From Pseudomonadota bacterium (lineage in GTDB: Bacteria > Pseudomonadota > Alphaproteobacteria > UBA1280 > RI-95): a stretch of 64,000 nt of DNA. The notes beneath the pieces were generated by a model that saw only the letters and a list, made by a program, of their open reading frames with translations, searched no databases and had not been told where the DNA came from. The position numbers and the translations under genes were made by a program. The stretch covers positions 68,499-132,498 of the forward strand of contig WGLU01000007.1 of assembly GCA_016125375.1 (NCBI GenBank), in the 5' to 3' direction. This document shows, one piece after another, positions 26,766 through 35,694 of the stretch. Each line of letters starts with the position of its first letter. Position 1 is the stretch's first letter.

Positions 26766-27374
26766 ATGAAAAACCCCATGCGCTTTGCACCCCTGCCGGT
26801 TTTGTTGTGTGCCGTGTATGTGTCCGCCCTGATGGCGGGGTGTGCGACCTATGTGCCGTATCCGCCGCAACCGGCGCCCGCATTGCCGGATATGGCGGGG
26901 TATTACACCGTGCGTCCCTATCAGCAGCCCAAGAGCTACGTTTCGTCGTATGTCGAGGCCTCCAAGCCGGAAGGCAGTGCGCAGGAATGGCAGCAGCCGG
27001 TGGGGTATGTGTCTTCCTACGTCCGTGCCTACCACGAGGATGAGCGCGCCGACCTGAAAGCGCTGGAGAAAGAAAGCCTGAACGACCTGTGGGATACGCC
27101 GGATGCCGCCCCAAAACCCGCCATGCTCATGCGTGATCCGGAACTGCGCAGCCGCCTGAATACGGCGCTGGAAAGTAACAAGGACGGGATTGCGTGGCAG
27201 TACGGCGAGGCCCGTTACAGTTTTGAGCCGAACACACCACCGTATATCGCCCGGGCGACGGGCGAGCGCTGCCGTGACGGTGTGCTGGTGCGCAGTACAC
27301 CCTATAACAGCGAGCGGATGCGCGGCCTGTTCTGCCAGAAGAGTGCCGGTGCGGACTGGATGCTTGTCCGCTAG
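26766..27374 (+). CDS. Hypothetical lipoprotein (lipobox ALMAGC)
   Basis: MKNPMRFAPLPVLLCAVYVSALMAGC is a signal peptide with a lipobox cysteine. Repeated (S/G)YVSSYV motif. No family recognised. Confidence 0.5.
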   Translation: MKNPMRFAPLPVLLCAVYVSALMAGCATYVPYPPQPAPALPDMAGYYTVRPYQQPKSYVSSYVEASKPEGSAQEWQQPVGYVSSYVRAYHEDERADLKALEKESLNDLWDTPDAAPKPAMLMRDPELRSRLNTALESNKDGIAWQYGEARYSFEPNTPPYIARATGERCRDGVLVRSTPYNSERMRGLFCQKSAGADWMLVR

Positions 27375-27386
27375 AGAGCCCTGCGC

Positions 27387-28115
27387 TTACTCCCACGTAC
27401 CATTCAGGGACCAGTCGTAAGGCAAATAGCCGCTGACCAGCAGGGGCGGATTGTCACCATGATAGGTGGCGATAAAGGCCTGCACGCCCTCCACACCGCC
27501 AAAGTCATCCGCATACCATTTGAAAATCATGGAGATGTCTGCAGTTCCGGATCCTGTGATTTTAAGCCCGCGTTTGTCATCACGGACAAACCGCATGGCC
27601 TGCGCACGGAGCTGGTTGTCCAGAATGTCTGCGCGGTAGGCCCGTCCATTCAGGATGGGGCAGGATTTGGAGGCGCAGTTGAGCGCCATATGGACCAGCG
27701 GTTGACCCATTGGACGCAGGATATTGTTTTCTATCTGGTCCAGCGTATAGCTTTTATCGCCAATCTGCCATTTAGGTCCGGTCCATGCGGTAGATAGCCA
27801 GCCGCCGAGGTTCTTGATGGATTGTTTTTCGCCATTGCTGACAATCAGGTCGATGGTCATCAGGTTATAGGCGTTAATCCAGAAGGCCATTTTTTCCGCA
27901 TCGGTTTGCAGGGTATCCGGCCGGGCGGCGTGCAGCATATCCATAACGGCTTTGTGGCGCGGGTCCTGCGCCCAGCCACTGTAGCTGACAACACCGTCGC
28001 TCACATGGGTCTGCAACAGGTCGTCGTAGGGCTGGAAGAACGTCGGGTTCGGCTGGGCATGGGCGGCACCCGCCCACAGGAGCAAAGCAGCGAGCCATAC
28101 ATAAAGCGGTTTCAT
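27387..28115 (-). CDS. Secreted DUF547 domain-containing protein
   Basis: Signal peptide MKPLYVWLAALLLWAGAAHA. The DUF547 core has FWINAYN and a C-terminal W..DW.LN block. Confidence 0.7.
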   Translation of the reverse strand: MKPLYVWLAALLLWAGAAHAQPNPTFFQPYDDLLQTHVSDGVVSYSGWAQDPRHKAVMDMLHAARPDTLQTDAEKMAFWINAYNLMTIDLIVSNGEKQSIKNLGGWLSTAWTGPKWQIGDKSYTLDQIENNILRPMGQPLVHMALNCASKSCPILNGRAYRADILDNQLRAQAMRFVRDDKRGLKITGSGTADISMIFKWYADDFGGVEGVQAFIATYHGDNPPLLVSGYLPYDWSLNGTWE

Positions 28116-28119
28116 GACA

Positions 28120-29541
28120 CTATCCTAACAGCTTGAACAGCAAACGGCTAATCCTGCGGGTGGTCGGGGCGTAGAGCGCATCCTTATAGTAGGCGGATGC
28201 GGCACGTTTATGCACGTCACTGCGTGTGGGGTAGGCGACGATGAGGTCGTTCATCCGGCGGATGGGCAGACCGAACTGGATAAAAGGCGCCCATGCGTGA
28301 ATCAGCTCACCGGCCTGCGTGCCCACCAGCGTGGCACCCAGTACCTTGCCGCTCTTGGTTGTGATGACTTTGAGCATGCCGTTGGTGTCCTTTTCTGCCT
28401 GTGCGCGGTCCACCTGTGCCAGTGGCACGGTGACCGTACGTACACTGTCCCCGTGGGTGGCGCGGGCTTGCGCCTCGGTCATGCCGATGCCCGCAAGCTC
28501 GGGCGACGTATAGGTCACCCACGGCACGGCGCGGTAGTCGGCCTTGGTTGTCAGGCTGCCGAAAAGGCTCCGGCGGATAACAAGCCCGGCCTGATACCCC
28601 GCCATATGTGTAAACTGGTATGGTCCGGTCACATCGCCAATGGCAAAAATATGTTTCTTGTTTGTCTGCATGGCTTTATTGGTGGGGATACCTTTGGCTG
28701 TGTGGTCGATACCCGCGGCATCCAGTCCCAGATTTTCCACATTTGGCGCACGTCCGGCGGCTACCAGCAGGTGACTGCCATCAACCTGTGTGCCATCCGA
28801 GAGGGTGAGGGTGATGCTGCCCGCTCTGCCCTTGACGGCGGTTATGCCCTTACCTTCATGCAGGGTTATGCCATCGGACAGCAGTTGGCTGCGCACCACC
28901 TCCGCCAGTTCGGGATCGTCCTTTCCGAGGATGCGGGGAGCCGCCTCTATAATCGTCACCTTGCTGCCAAGTCGCCTGAAGGCCTGACCCAGTTCTGCTC
29001 CAATCGGGCCGCCGCCCATGACCAGCAGGTGTTTGGGCTGCTCGGTGAGGGAGAAAACAGTTTCGTTGGTGAGATAGGGAACGTTCGCAAGTCCTTCTAT
29101 CGGTGGAACAAAAGCACGTGCGCCCGTGGCGATGACGATGCGCCGCCCGGTCAGGGTGCGGGTGGGGGTGACGATGGTATGGGCGTCCTTGAGCTGACCA
29201 TGTTCGCGGATGACGGTAACACCCAGCCCGCTGAAACGCTCTTCCGAGTCATGGGGGGCGATGGCGGCAATAACGGCATGCACATGTGCCATGACCTTGG
29301 CAAAATCCACCTGAACATCCGCGCGGATGCCGAGCTTGTCCAGATGGGCTGCGGCGTAGGCCTTATGGGCGGCAGCCAACAGGGCCTTGGAGGGAACACA
29401 CCCGTAGTTCAGGCAGTCGCCGCCCATCTCCGCCCCTTCGAGCAGGGCCGTTTTGTACCCCAGGCCCGCCGCAACCGCAGCCACGACAAGGCCGGCACTG
29501 CCAGCGCCCAGAATCACCAGATCAAAGTGTTCGGTTTTCAT
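28120..29541 (-). CDS. FAD-dependent pyridine nucleotide-disulfide oxidoreductase (dihydrolipoamide dehydrogenase / mercuric reductase-like, class I)
   Basis: N-terminal FAD-binding DLVILGAGSAG. Redox-active disulfide GGDCLNYGCVPSK. NAD-binding LLVMGGGPIGAE. C-terminal dimerisation domain. Start at MKTEHFD (29541). Confidence 0.8.
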   Translation of the reverse strand: MKTEHFDLVILGAGSAGLVVAAVAAGLGYKTALLEGAEMGGDCLNYGCVPSKALLAAAHKAYAAAHLDKLGIRADVQVDFAKVMAHVHAVIAAIAPHDSEERFSGLGVTVIREHGQLKDAHTIVTPTRTLTGRRIVIATGARAFVPPIEGLANVPYLTNETVFSLTEQPKHLLVMGGGPIGAELGQAFRRLGSKVTIIEAAPRILGKDDPELAEVVRSQLLSDGITLHEGKGITAVKGRAGSITLTLSDGTQVDGSHLLVAAGRAPNVENLGLDAAGIDHTAKGIPTNKAMQTNKKHIFAIGDVTGPYQFTHMAGYQAGLVIRRSLFGSLTTKADYRAVPWVTYTSPELAGIGMTEAQARATHGDSVRTVTVPLAQVDRAQAEKDTNGMLKVITTKSGKVLGATLVGTQAGELIHAWAPFIQFGLPIRRMNDLIVAYPTRSDVHKRAASAYYKDALYAPTTRRISRLLFKLLG

Positions 29542-29545
29542 GGTG

Positions 29546-30247
29546 TTACGCCTTTTTCTTGAAGCTGTTGTAGGCTGTAGGAACAAGGGAGAGCACACCC
29601 AGCAAGGTCAGCGCCAGCAAGGTCTGGCCGGAGATGATGTCCGACAGGGTGTCGATATCCCCCAGTGTGCGGCCGATGTTCACATACACCGCACTGCCCG
29701 GCAGGATGCCGATGAGCGTGGTCCATGCAAAGGTGCGCAAAGGTACGGGAAAAAGCGCGGGCAGGATGTTCACCACAAAAAACGGGAACAACGGCACAAG
29801 ACGCAGGAAGAGCAGGAAGCCGACCTGATTATCACGAATCTGGTTGGAAAAACGTCCTTCCATACCGGCAACCTTTTTACGCAGGCCGTCTCCGAAGGCG
29901 CTGCGCGCGGCAACAAAAACCAGTGTGGCGCCAAGAGTGGCGGCAATCACCACCAGTCCTGTCCCCAGCCACAGGCCGAACACAAACCCGCCCAGAAGCG
30001 TGAGCAGCGATGCCACAGGCAAGGAAAAGCCGACTGCCGCCGCGTAGGCCAGCACAAAGGCGCCGCCTGCCGTAACGGGGTTTGTGCGGGCAAAGGTTTG
30101 CAGCTCGTCGCGGTGGTTTTTCAGGTTTTCCAGCGTCAGCAGGTGGTGCAGGCCCAGGGCATAGGCAGCGGCAAAACCGGCAAGCAGCAGGGCGGGCAGG
30201 GCGAATCGGCGCAGAGGGGCGGGCATGGGTGGTTTCCTTTCTCGCAT
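29546..30247 (-). CDS. DedA / TVP38 / TMEM64 family membrane protein
   Basis: Multi-TM protein with a glycine-rich re-entrant signature (LLTLLGGFVFGLWLGTGLVV). It lies 4 nt upstream of the oxidoreductase gene. Confidence 0.75.
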   Translation of the reverse strand: MRERKPPMPAPLRRFALPALLLAGFAAAYALGLHHLLTLENLKNHRDELQTFARTNPVTAGGAFVLAYAAAVGFSLPVASLLTLLGGFVFGLWLGTGLVVIAATLGATLVFVAARSAFGDGLRKKVAGMEGRFSNQIRDNQVGFLLFLRLVPLFPFFVVNILPALFPVPLRTFAWTTLIGILPGSAVYVNIGRTLGDIDTLSDIISGQTLLALTLLGVLSLVPTAYNSFKKKA

Positions 30248-30323
30248 TCCATGTTAGGGGGTTCGGCTGAGCGGCGCAAAAGGTTACGTTTGCATAATTT
30301 TTGGGGCGGGTGCGCTTTTTTGC

Positions 30324-30351
30324 TTGCCTTGTGCGGTACGGTGGTTATTAT
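30324..30351 (+). promoter_or_regulatory. Sigma70-type promoter for rpmH (TTGCCT-16 nt-TATTAT)
   Basis: The -35 element sits at 30324-30329 and the -10 at 30346-30351. The start is ~57 nt upstream of the rpmH ATG. Confidence 0.45.
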
Positions 30352-30407
30352 ACGCCTCCGAGCTGCCCGTTAGTTAGGGCAATAGTTTTGTTGAGGAGCC
30401 AAGTATT

Positions 30408-30542
30408 ATGAAACGCACCTACCAACCGAGCAAAATTCGCCGCGCCCGCCGTTTCGGCTTCCGTGCCCGTATGGCTACTGTAGGCGGCCGCGCTGTTCTG
30501 TCCGCGCGTCGTGCTCGTGGCCGTAAGCGCCTGAGCGCCTAA
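30408..30542 (+). CDS. rpmH: 50S ribosomal protein L34
   Basis: Translates to [44 protein letters not shown] (44 aa). It is not in the ORF track because it is under 60 aa. An AGGAG SD lies upstream. Confidence 0.95.
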   Translation: MKRTYQPSKIRRARRFGFRARMATVGGRAVLSARRARGRKRLSA

Positions 30543-30561
30543 GGTTTTCCGGGTGTGACCG

Positions 30562-30942
30562 ATGGAGGTCACGCACGAGATGATGCACGTCTGCCATCTT
30601 AAAAAGCGCAGCGAATTTGTTAGTTTAAACGAAAGTGGGCGGTCCTGGGTGACCCCCGCTTTTGTTGTTTTGGTTAAAGCCCCCGCCGTGCCCGATACGT
30701 TCCGGTACGGCATTACAGCCAGCCGTAAAATCGGCGGCGCTGTCCAACGCAACCGCGCCAAGCGCCGCTTGCGCGCCATCGTGGATGCCTTCGTCCGCCT
30801 GAACCCGCAGACCCCTTACCCGCCTATGGATATGGTACTGATTGCCCGTCAGGGTATGCTGACCATGCCGTTTGACAAACTGGAGCGGGACTTTGGCTGG
30901 GCGCTGGGCAAGTTGCTGGCCCAGAACGAGGGGCAGCCATGA
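30562..30942 (+). CDS. rnpA: Ribonuclease P protein component
   Basis: Basic RnpA motif [22 protein letters not shown]. It follows rpmH, as is universally conserved. The exact start is uncertain; a Met at 30580 is also possible. Confidence 0.85.
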   Translation: MEVTHEMMHVCHLKKRSEFVSLNESGRSWVTPAFVVLVKAPAVPDTFRYGITASRKIGGAVQRNRAKRRLRAIVDAFVRLNPQTPYPPMDMVLIARQGMLTMPFDKLERDFGWALGKLLAQNEGQP

Positions 30943-31205
30943 TACGTGGCCTGTTGGCCCTTTTGCGGCAGGTTGCCCTGCTGCCTGTGCGCTTTTATCA
31001 GTACGCCTTATCCCCTCTTTGGGGGCCCAAGTGCCGATTTTATCCGACCTGCTCGCATTATGCGGTTGAAGCGGTGACGAAATTCGGTATCCTGCGGGGC
31101 GGGTGGCTGACGCTTATCCGGGTTGCCAAATGCGGCCCGTTCCATCCCGGTGGGTACGACCCCGTACCCCCATGTACAAAATGTGAGAACAAACAACAGG
31201 TTTAA
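30939..31205 (+). CDS. yidD: Membrane protein insertion efficiency factor
   Basis: [27 protein letters not shown] is the YidD signature. It overlaps the rnpA stop by 4 nt. Confidence 0.9.
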   Translation: MIRGLLALLRQVALLPVRFYQYALSPLWGPKCRFYPTCSHYAVEAVTKFGILRGGWLTLIRVAKCGPFHPGGYDPVPPCTKCENKQQV

Positions 31206-31208
31206 CCC

Positions 31209-32858
31209 ATGCAAAACCCCGTCGACAAAAAGCCCGCCGATAATCGCAATCTGATGATTGCGCTGCTGCTTTCCGCGCTGGTTCTGGTCGGATACGACTA
31301 CCTGCGCCTGCGGTTCAGCCCGCCTGCGGAACAAACGCAGGAAACGGTCCAGCAGGCCCCTGCGGCAGCCGCCCCCGGTGCCCCGACATTGAACGGAGAT
31401 TTGTCTGCGGTATCGTCGCTGAGCGCCACGCCTGCGGGCGATGTGCCGCACATCGGCATCAAAAGCAGCACCTTTGAAGGCACGTTGAGCCTGAAGGGCG
31501 GCCGTATCGACAGCCTGAAGCTACCCGATTACAAGGTATCGCTGAAAGACCAGACGCCGGTAACCATGTTCACCACCACAGGCGAACGTGTGGAGTTTTT
31601 TGAAGCCGGTTGGCTGAGTGATGTAACAGCTGCCCCGAACAGCGACACAGTATGGTCGGCAGGGGAGTCGGATGTTCTGAACAGCCTGACACCGGATACC
31701 CCCGTGACACTGACATGGGATAACGGCAAAGGGCAGGTGTTCCAGCGCAGCTACATACTGGATGCTGGCAGCCACACCATCCGCATCATCGACGGCGTAA
31801 CCAACCAGGCCGAACATCCCGTGCGCCTTGCCCACTATGCCCAGCTGCACCGCGCCGGGTACAACAAGCGCGAGAGCACATTCTATAATTTCAATGGGTT
31901 GCAGGCATTTTTTGACAGCAAGCACCTGACCCACAGCTACGAAGACATTGCCAAAAAAGGCCCCTTCCGCGAGAGTGGTCGTCAGGGCTGGGTAGGCGTG
32001 AGCGACCCGTACTTCCTGTCGGCGCTTCTGCCGGACCAGACCAATACGCAAACAGCGGTGTTCCGGAATACCAAAACTGCTGGTGCCGATTTCTACACCC
32101 TCGACCTGCAAGGCCCTGCTGTTGTGGTGGAGCCGGGCCAGTATGTGGAAAATGCCTACCGTCTGTACGTCGGGCCGAAAAAGTTTAGCTTCCTGTCCGC
32201 TGAGAAGGTGGGTCTGGATCAGGTTATCGACTACGGTTGGTACCACATCATCGCCAAGATGTTCTTTGACGCCCTCAAGGGCCTGCACAGTGTTGTGGGT
32301 AACTGGGGTGTGTCCATTATCATCATGACCTTTATCCTGAAACTGGTCATGTTCCCGCTGGCGACCAAGAGCTACCGCTCCATGAGCGAGATGAAAAAGC
32401 TCCAGCCGAAAATGGAACAGCTGCGCGAGCGCTATGGCGAAGACCGCGAGAAACTGGCGCAGGAAATGATGGCTCTGTACCGTCATCACCGCATCAACCC
32501 CATGAGCGGGTGCTGGCCGATGCTGATCCAGATTCCGATTTTCTTTGCCTTCTACAAGGTGATTCTCATCTCGTTCGAGTTCCGTCAGGCGCCGTTTGTG
32601 GGCTGGATTCATGACTTGTCAGTATCTGACCCGTACTTTGTACTGCCGATTCTGATGGGTCTGACCATGATTGTGCAGCAGCGCCTCAACCCGCCTGCCG
32701 CCGACCCCGTACAGCAGAAGGTGCTGCAATTCATGCCGGTGATGTTCACCTTCATGTTCCTGTGGTTCCCGGCTGGTCTGGTACTGTACTGGACGACCAA
32801 CAGCATCCTGTCGGTCAGCCAGCAGTGGTGGATTATGCGCCGGATGGGTGTGAAGTAA
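31209..32858 (+). CDS. yidC: Membrane protein insertase YidC
   Basis: N-terminal TM, large periplasmic domain and 5-TM core with MFPLATKSYRSMSEMKKLQPKM...NPMSGCWPMLIQIPIFFAFY. Confidence 0.95.
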   Translation: MQNPVDKKPADNRNLMIALLLSALVLVGYDYLRLRFSPPAEQTQETVQQAPAAAAPGAPTLNGDLSAVSSLSATPAGDVPHIGIKSSTFEGTLSLKGGRIDSLKLPDYKVSLKDQTPVTMFTTTGERVEFFEAGWLSDVTAAPNSDTVWSAGESDVLNSLTPDTPVTLTWDNGKGQVFQRSYILDAGSHTIRIIDGVTNQAEHPVRLAHYAQLHRAGYNKRESTFYNFNGLQAFFDSKHLTHSYEDIAKKGPFRESGRQGWVGVSDPYFLSALLPDQTNTQTAVFRNTKTAGADFYTLDLQGPAVVVEPGQYVENAYRLYVGPKKFSFLSAEKVGLDQVIDYGWYHIIAKMFFDALKGLHSVVGNWGVSIIIMTFILKLVMFPLATKSYRSMSEMKKLQPKMEQLRERYGEDREKLAQEMMALYRHHRINPMSGCWPMLIQIPIFFAFYKVILISFEFRQAPFVGWIHDLSVSDPYFVLPILMGLTMIVQQRLNPPAADPVQQKVLQFMPVMFTFMFLWFPAGLVLYWTTNSILSVSQQWWIMRRMGVK

Positions 32859-32863
32859 CCCCC

Positions 32864-33505
32864 ATGCACGATACCCTTGCCAACGCGGGCATGAGCCCTA
32901 AAGACGTGGAGCGCGCCTTCCGGCAGGAGGCGCAACACGTTTTTGCCGCCAGCCCGGGCGGGGCATTCCCGCCGGAGAGCCTGCCGGAGGTTGCCTTTGC
33001 CGGACGCTCGAACGTGGGCAAATCGTCACTCATCAATGCGTTGCTTGGCCGCAAGAAGCTGGCACGGATATCCGGCACCCCCGGCGCCACGCGTGCCGTA
33101 CATTTTTACGACATAGGCCACCGGTTTTGCCTGGTCGATTTGCCCGGTTATGGATACGCCAAGCTGAGTAAGGAAGAATCCGCCCGCATTGCCGGCTGGG
33201 TGGAGGCGTATTTGTCCTCCCGCCGGAGTTTGCGCCTCGTTTGCCTGCTGATTGACAGCCGCCACGGCCTGAAAGACCATGACCGCGCGCTGTTGCACCA
33301 TCTGGCCGAGCTGGGGCTGGAAGTGCAGGTGGTCCTGACCAAGGCCGATAAGCTGCATCCGACCCAGCAAAAGGCCATCATGGCCCAGATGCACGACGAA
33401 ATGCAGAAAATGCCAGCCATTGCCGGCGTCACCCTGACGGCCAGTGAAGGTCTGCTGGGCATTGAAGAGCTGCAAATGCGCGTGATGAGCGCAACACTCT
33501 CGTAA
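32864..33505 (+). CDS. engB: Ribosome biogenesis GTP-binding protein YihA/EngB
   Basis: G1 motif GRSNVGKSSLINAL. G3 motif DLPGYGY. The start was trimmed to MHDTL just after the yidC stop. Confidence 0.85.
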   Translation: MHDTLANAGMSPKDVERAFRQEAQHVFAASPGGAFPPESLPEVAFAGRSNVGKSSLINALLGRKKLARISGTPGATRAVHFYDIGHRFCLVDLPGYGYAKLSKEESARIAGWVEAYLSSRRSLRLVCLLIDSRHGLKDHDRALLHHLAELGLEVQVVLTKADKLHPTQQKAIMAQMHDEMQKMPAIAGVTLTASEGLLGIEELQMRVMSATLS

Positions 33506-33542
33506 GGCGATTTTCAAGAGAAGGACTCGGGTTAGGAGAAGA

Positions 33543-33619
33543 TGGTCGGCGTAGCAGGATTTGAACCTGCGACCCCCACGACCCGAACGTGGTGCGCTAC
33601 CAGGCTGCGCTACACGCCG
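33543..33619 (-). tRNA. tRNA-Pro (anticodon CGG)
   Basis: The reverse complement folds as a cloverleaf: CGGCGTG acceptor, GCGC D-stem, anticodon stem-loop CCACG-TTCGGGT-CGTGG, T-arm GCAGG-TTCAAAT-CCTGC, and 3' ACCA. It is highly similar to E. coli proK-type tRNA. Confidence 0.85.
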
Positions 33620-33750
33620 ACGTTTCTGTCAACGGTGCGGATTCAACCACAAGCGCCCTTTGCCTGCAAGCAGAAAATAACACACGAAATACATACCATC
33701 CGGGCCTGTTTTGGTCGACCCTCCCCCCTGCCTGTGCTACAGTGGCGGCC

Positions 33751-34452
33751 ATGAAAAACGCAAGCATTCAGAACGGTGTTTTACCCAAGCATGACCTCTC
33801 TCACGTAGAGGCGTTTCTGTTCGATCTGGACGATGTGCTTTACCCGCATGGAGCCTTCCTCAGCTACGATATGTTCTGGGAGACACTCAACGCCTATGCC
33901 GCCGAACAGAATGGACTGAGTGTTGAGGAAGCAACAGCGATTACCGACCGTATGCGCGCCGATGGCGGCCATAAGGACATTTTGAAGGAATGGGCCGTCT
34001 ACGGCGCTTTTGATTTCAAGGGGTTTACCAACCGTCTGGACGCGGTAGAGCTGGCCAACCGCATGCAGCCGTGCGGCCATACCCTGCGCCTGCTACAGGG
34101 GCTTAAAGGCCGCCGGATTGTGTTTACCAATTCCCATACTACCCATGCGCAACGTATTCTGGCGCATTTGCAGCTGGCGGAAGTGTTTGACCATGTGTCG
34201 GATTACCTGACGCGCGGCGAGCGCCTTAAGCCGGAGCCTGCGGTCTATCATGATCTGGTTAAGGAGCTGAGTGTCGACCCCAGTCGTTGTGTGATGGTAG
34301 AAGATACCGTCGCAAATCTGGCGCCTGCCCATGCCATGGGCATGACCACGGTGCTTATTCACCCGCAACCGAAGCCGGAAGCACGCAGCGCTGCCTATGT
34401 GGACCGTTGGCACACAAGTTTGACCGACTGGCTGGAAAGTGTAGAACAATGA
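33751..34452 (+). CDS. HAD-superfamily hydrolase, pyrimidine 5'-nucleotidase-like (paralog 1)
   Basis: HAD motif I FLFDLDDVLY, motif II VFTNS, and motifs III/IV ...KP...MVEDTVANL. The ORF track extension (33589..) overlaps the tRNA, so the start was set at MKNASIQ (33751). Confidence 0.75.
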   Translation: MKNASIQNGVLPKHDLSHVEAFLFDLDDVLYPHGAFLSYDMFWETLNAYAAEQNGLSVEEATAITDRMRADGGHKDILKEWAVYGAFDFKGFTNRLDAVELANRMQPCGHTLRLLQGLKGRRIVFTNSHTTHAQRILAHLQLAEVFDHVSDYLTRGERLKPEPAVYHDLVKELSVDPSRCVMVEDTVANLAPAHAMGMTTVLIHPQPKPEARSAAYVDRWHTSLTDWLESVEQ

Positions 34453-35162
34453 CCGACATCCGCCACATCCGCACGTTTATTTTCGACCTCGACAACACGC
34501 TCTATCACCCCAGAACGGGGCTGATGGACCAGATGCATACCCTGATCGGGCTGTATATCATGCGTTTTATGGGCGTGGATGCGGCCATGGCCGACCAGAT
34601 CCGCCGCCGTTACTGGCAGAAATACGGCACCACCATGGCGGGCCTTGTGGCCGAACACGGCGTGGACCCGCATCAGTTTATGGAGTTTGTGCACAACATT
34701 GACCTGTCCGAGGTTAACCCCTGTGCCCGCACGCGCGAGCTGCTGGCGGCGCTGCCGGGCCGTCGCGTCATTTTTACCAATGCCGACCACCGGCATGCCG
34801 AGCGGATGTTGACGCATCTTGGCATTGCCGACCTGTTTGAAGAGGTTTACGATGTCACCCGCGTTGGTTTTACGCCCAAGCCGGCACTGCAAAGTTACGA
34901 GAAGGTGCTGGGATGGCTGGGCGAAGAGGGGCAGCATTGCGCGATGCTGGAAGACTCCCTGGAGAACCTGCGCCCCGCACATGCCTTGGGCATGACGACG
35001 ATATGGGTGACGGACGCGCAGGAAGATCACCCTTTTGTGCACTACCGCACCCCAGATGTTTTAACTTGGCTTGAAGGAGTAAGTACCCATGAGCACGGCA
35101 ACCGTACAGGACATGAGCCCCGGGAAGATGAAGATCCTCAAGGCCGTCGCCACCCTGCTTGA
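34449..35162 (+). CDS. HAD-superfamily hydrolase, pyrimidine 5'-nucleotidase-like (paralog 2)
   Basis: FIFDLDNTLY, IFTNAD and MLEDSLENL motifs. The start at MTDIRHI overlaps the previous stop (ATGA). The C-terminal ~24 codons overlap the TetR gene in another frame. Confidence 0.75.
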   Translation: MTDIRHIRTFIFDLDNTLYHPRTGLMDQMHTLIGLYIMRFMGVDAAMADQIRRRYWQKYGTTMAGLVAEHGVDPHQFMEFVHNIDLSEVNPCARTRELLAALPGRRVIFTNADHRHAERMLTHLGIADLFEEVYDVTRVGFTPKPALQSYEKVLGWLGEEGQHCAMLEDSLENLRPAHALGMTTIWVTDAQEDHPFVHYRTPDVLTWLEGVSTHEHGNRTGHEPREDEDPQGRRHPA

Positions 35163-35694
35163 GGACCCGAGCACCAAAATCACCATCAACCGCATTGCGG
35201 GTCAGGTATCGGTAACAGAGGCGGCCATTTATCGCCATTACCGCTCCAAGGAAGATATTTTTGCCGCGCTGATGGCGTATATGGAGATGAACTTCATCAC
35301 CCCCATCAATGCCGTACAGCAACAAACCACCGATACCTATACGCGCCTGAAAATCCTGTTCGATGCCTACATGGAGTTTCTGGAAGGGCACCCGGGTCTG
35401 GCCCGCCTGCTCCTCGGCCACGGCAATACCGAAGCCGTGGGCGTGGCCGACAAAGCCAAATTGCTCAATGCCAAAATCCGCTCCCAGATTGCGCTGCTGC
35501 TCAAATACGGCGCCGCAGGCGGCGGCTGGCGTTCGCACCTGACCCCGGAGCAGGGCGCAGAGATGTTCTACAGTCTGGTCGTAGCTGTTGCCATGGAGCA
35601 GATGTACAGCCTGCCGCAACTCGACCGTCAACAGCGGTGGGATATTCTGGCCACGGCTGTCTTTGGCCCAACAGCGGAGGCTGCCCATGCTTAG
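35089..35694 (+). CDS. TetR/AcrR-family transcriptional regulator
   Basis: N-terminal HTH KITINRIAGQVSVTEAAIYRHYRSKEDIF. Helical C-terminal ligand domain. The exact start (35089/35113/35128) is uncertain. Confidence 0.7.
   Translation: MSTATVQDMSPGKMKILKAVATLLEDPSTKITINRIAGQVSVTEAAIYRHYRSKEDIFAALMAYMEMNFITPINAVQQQTTDTYTRLKILFDAYMEFLEGHPGLARLLLGHGNTEAVGVADKAKLLNAKIRSQIALLLKYGAAGGGWRSHLTPEQGAEMFYSLVVAVAMEQMYSLPQLDRQQRWDILATAVFGPTAEAAHA

Noticed and set aside
25990-27114. 374-aa Arg/Pro-rich ORF on the minus strand overlapping the TAXI gene in another frame
   Set aside because: It has an Arg-rich nonsense composition, and the region is fully accounted for by the TAXI gene and the divergent lipoprotein gene.
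33542-33750. ORFs 33542..33754 and the 5' part of 33589..34452
   Set aside because: They overlap the tRNA-Pro gene on the opposite strand. The HAD hydrolase has a clean start at 33751.
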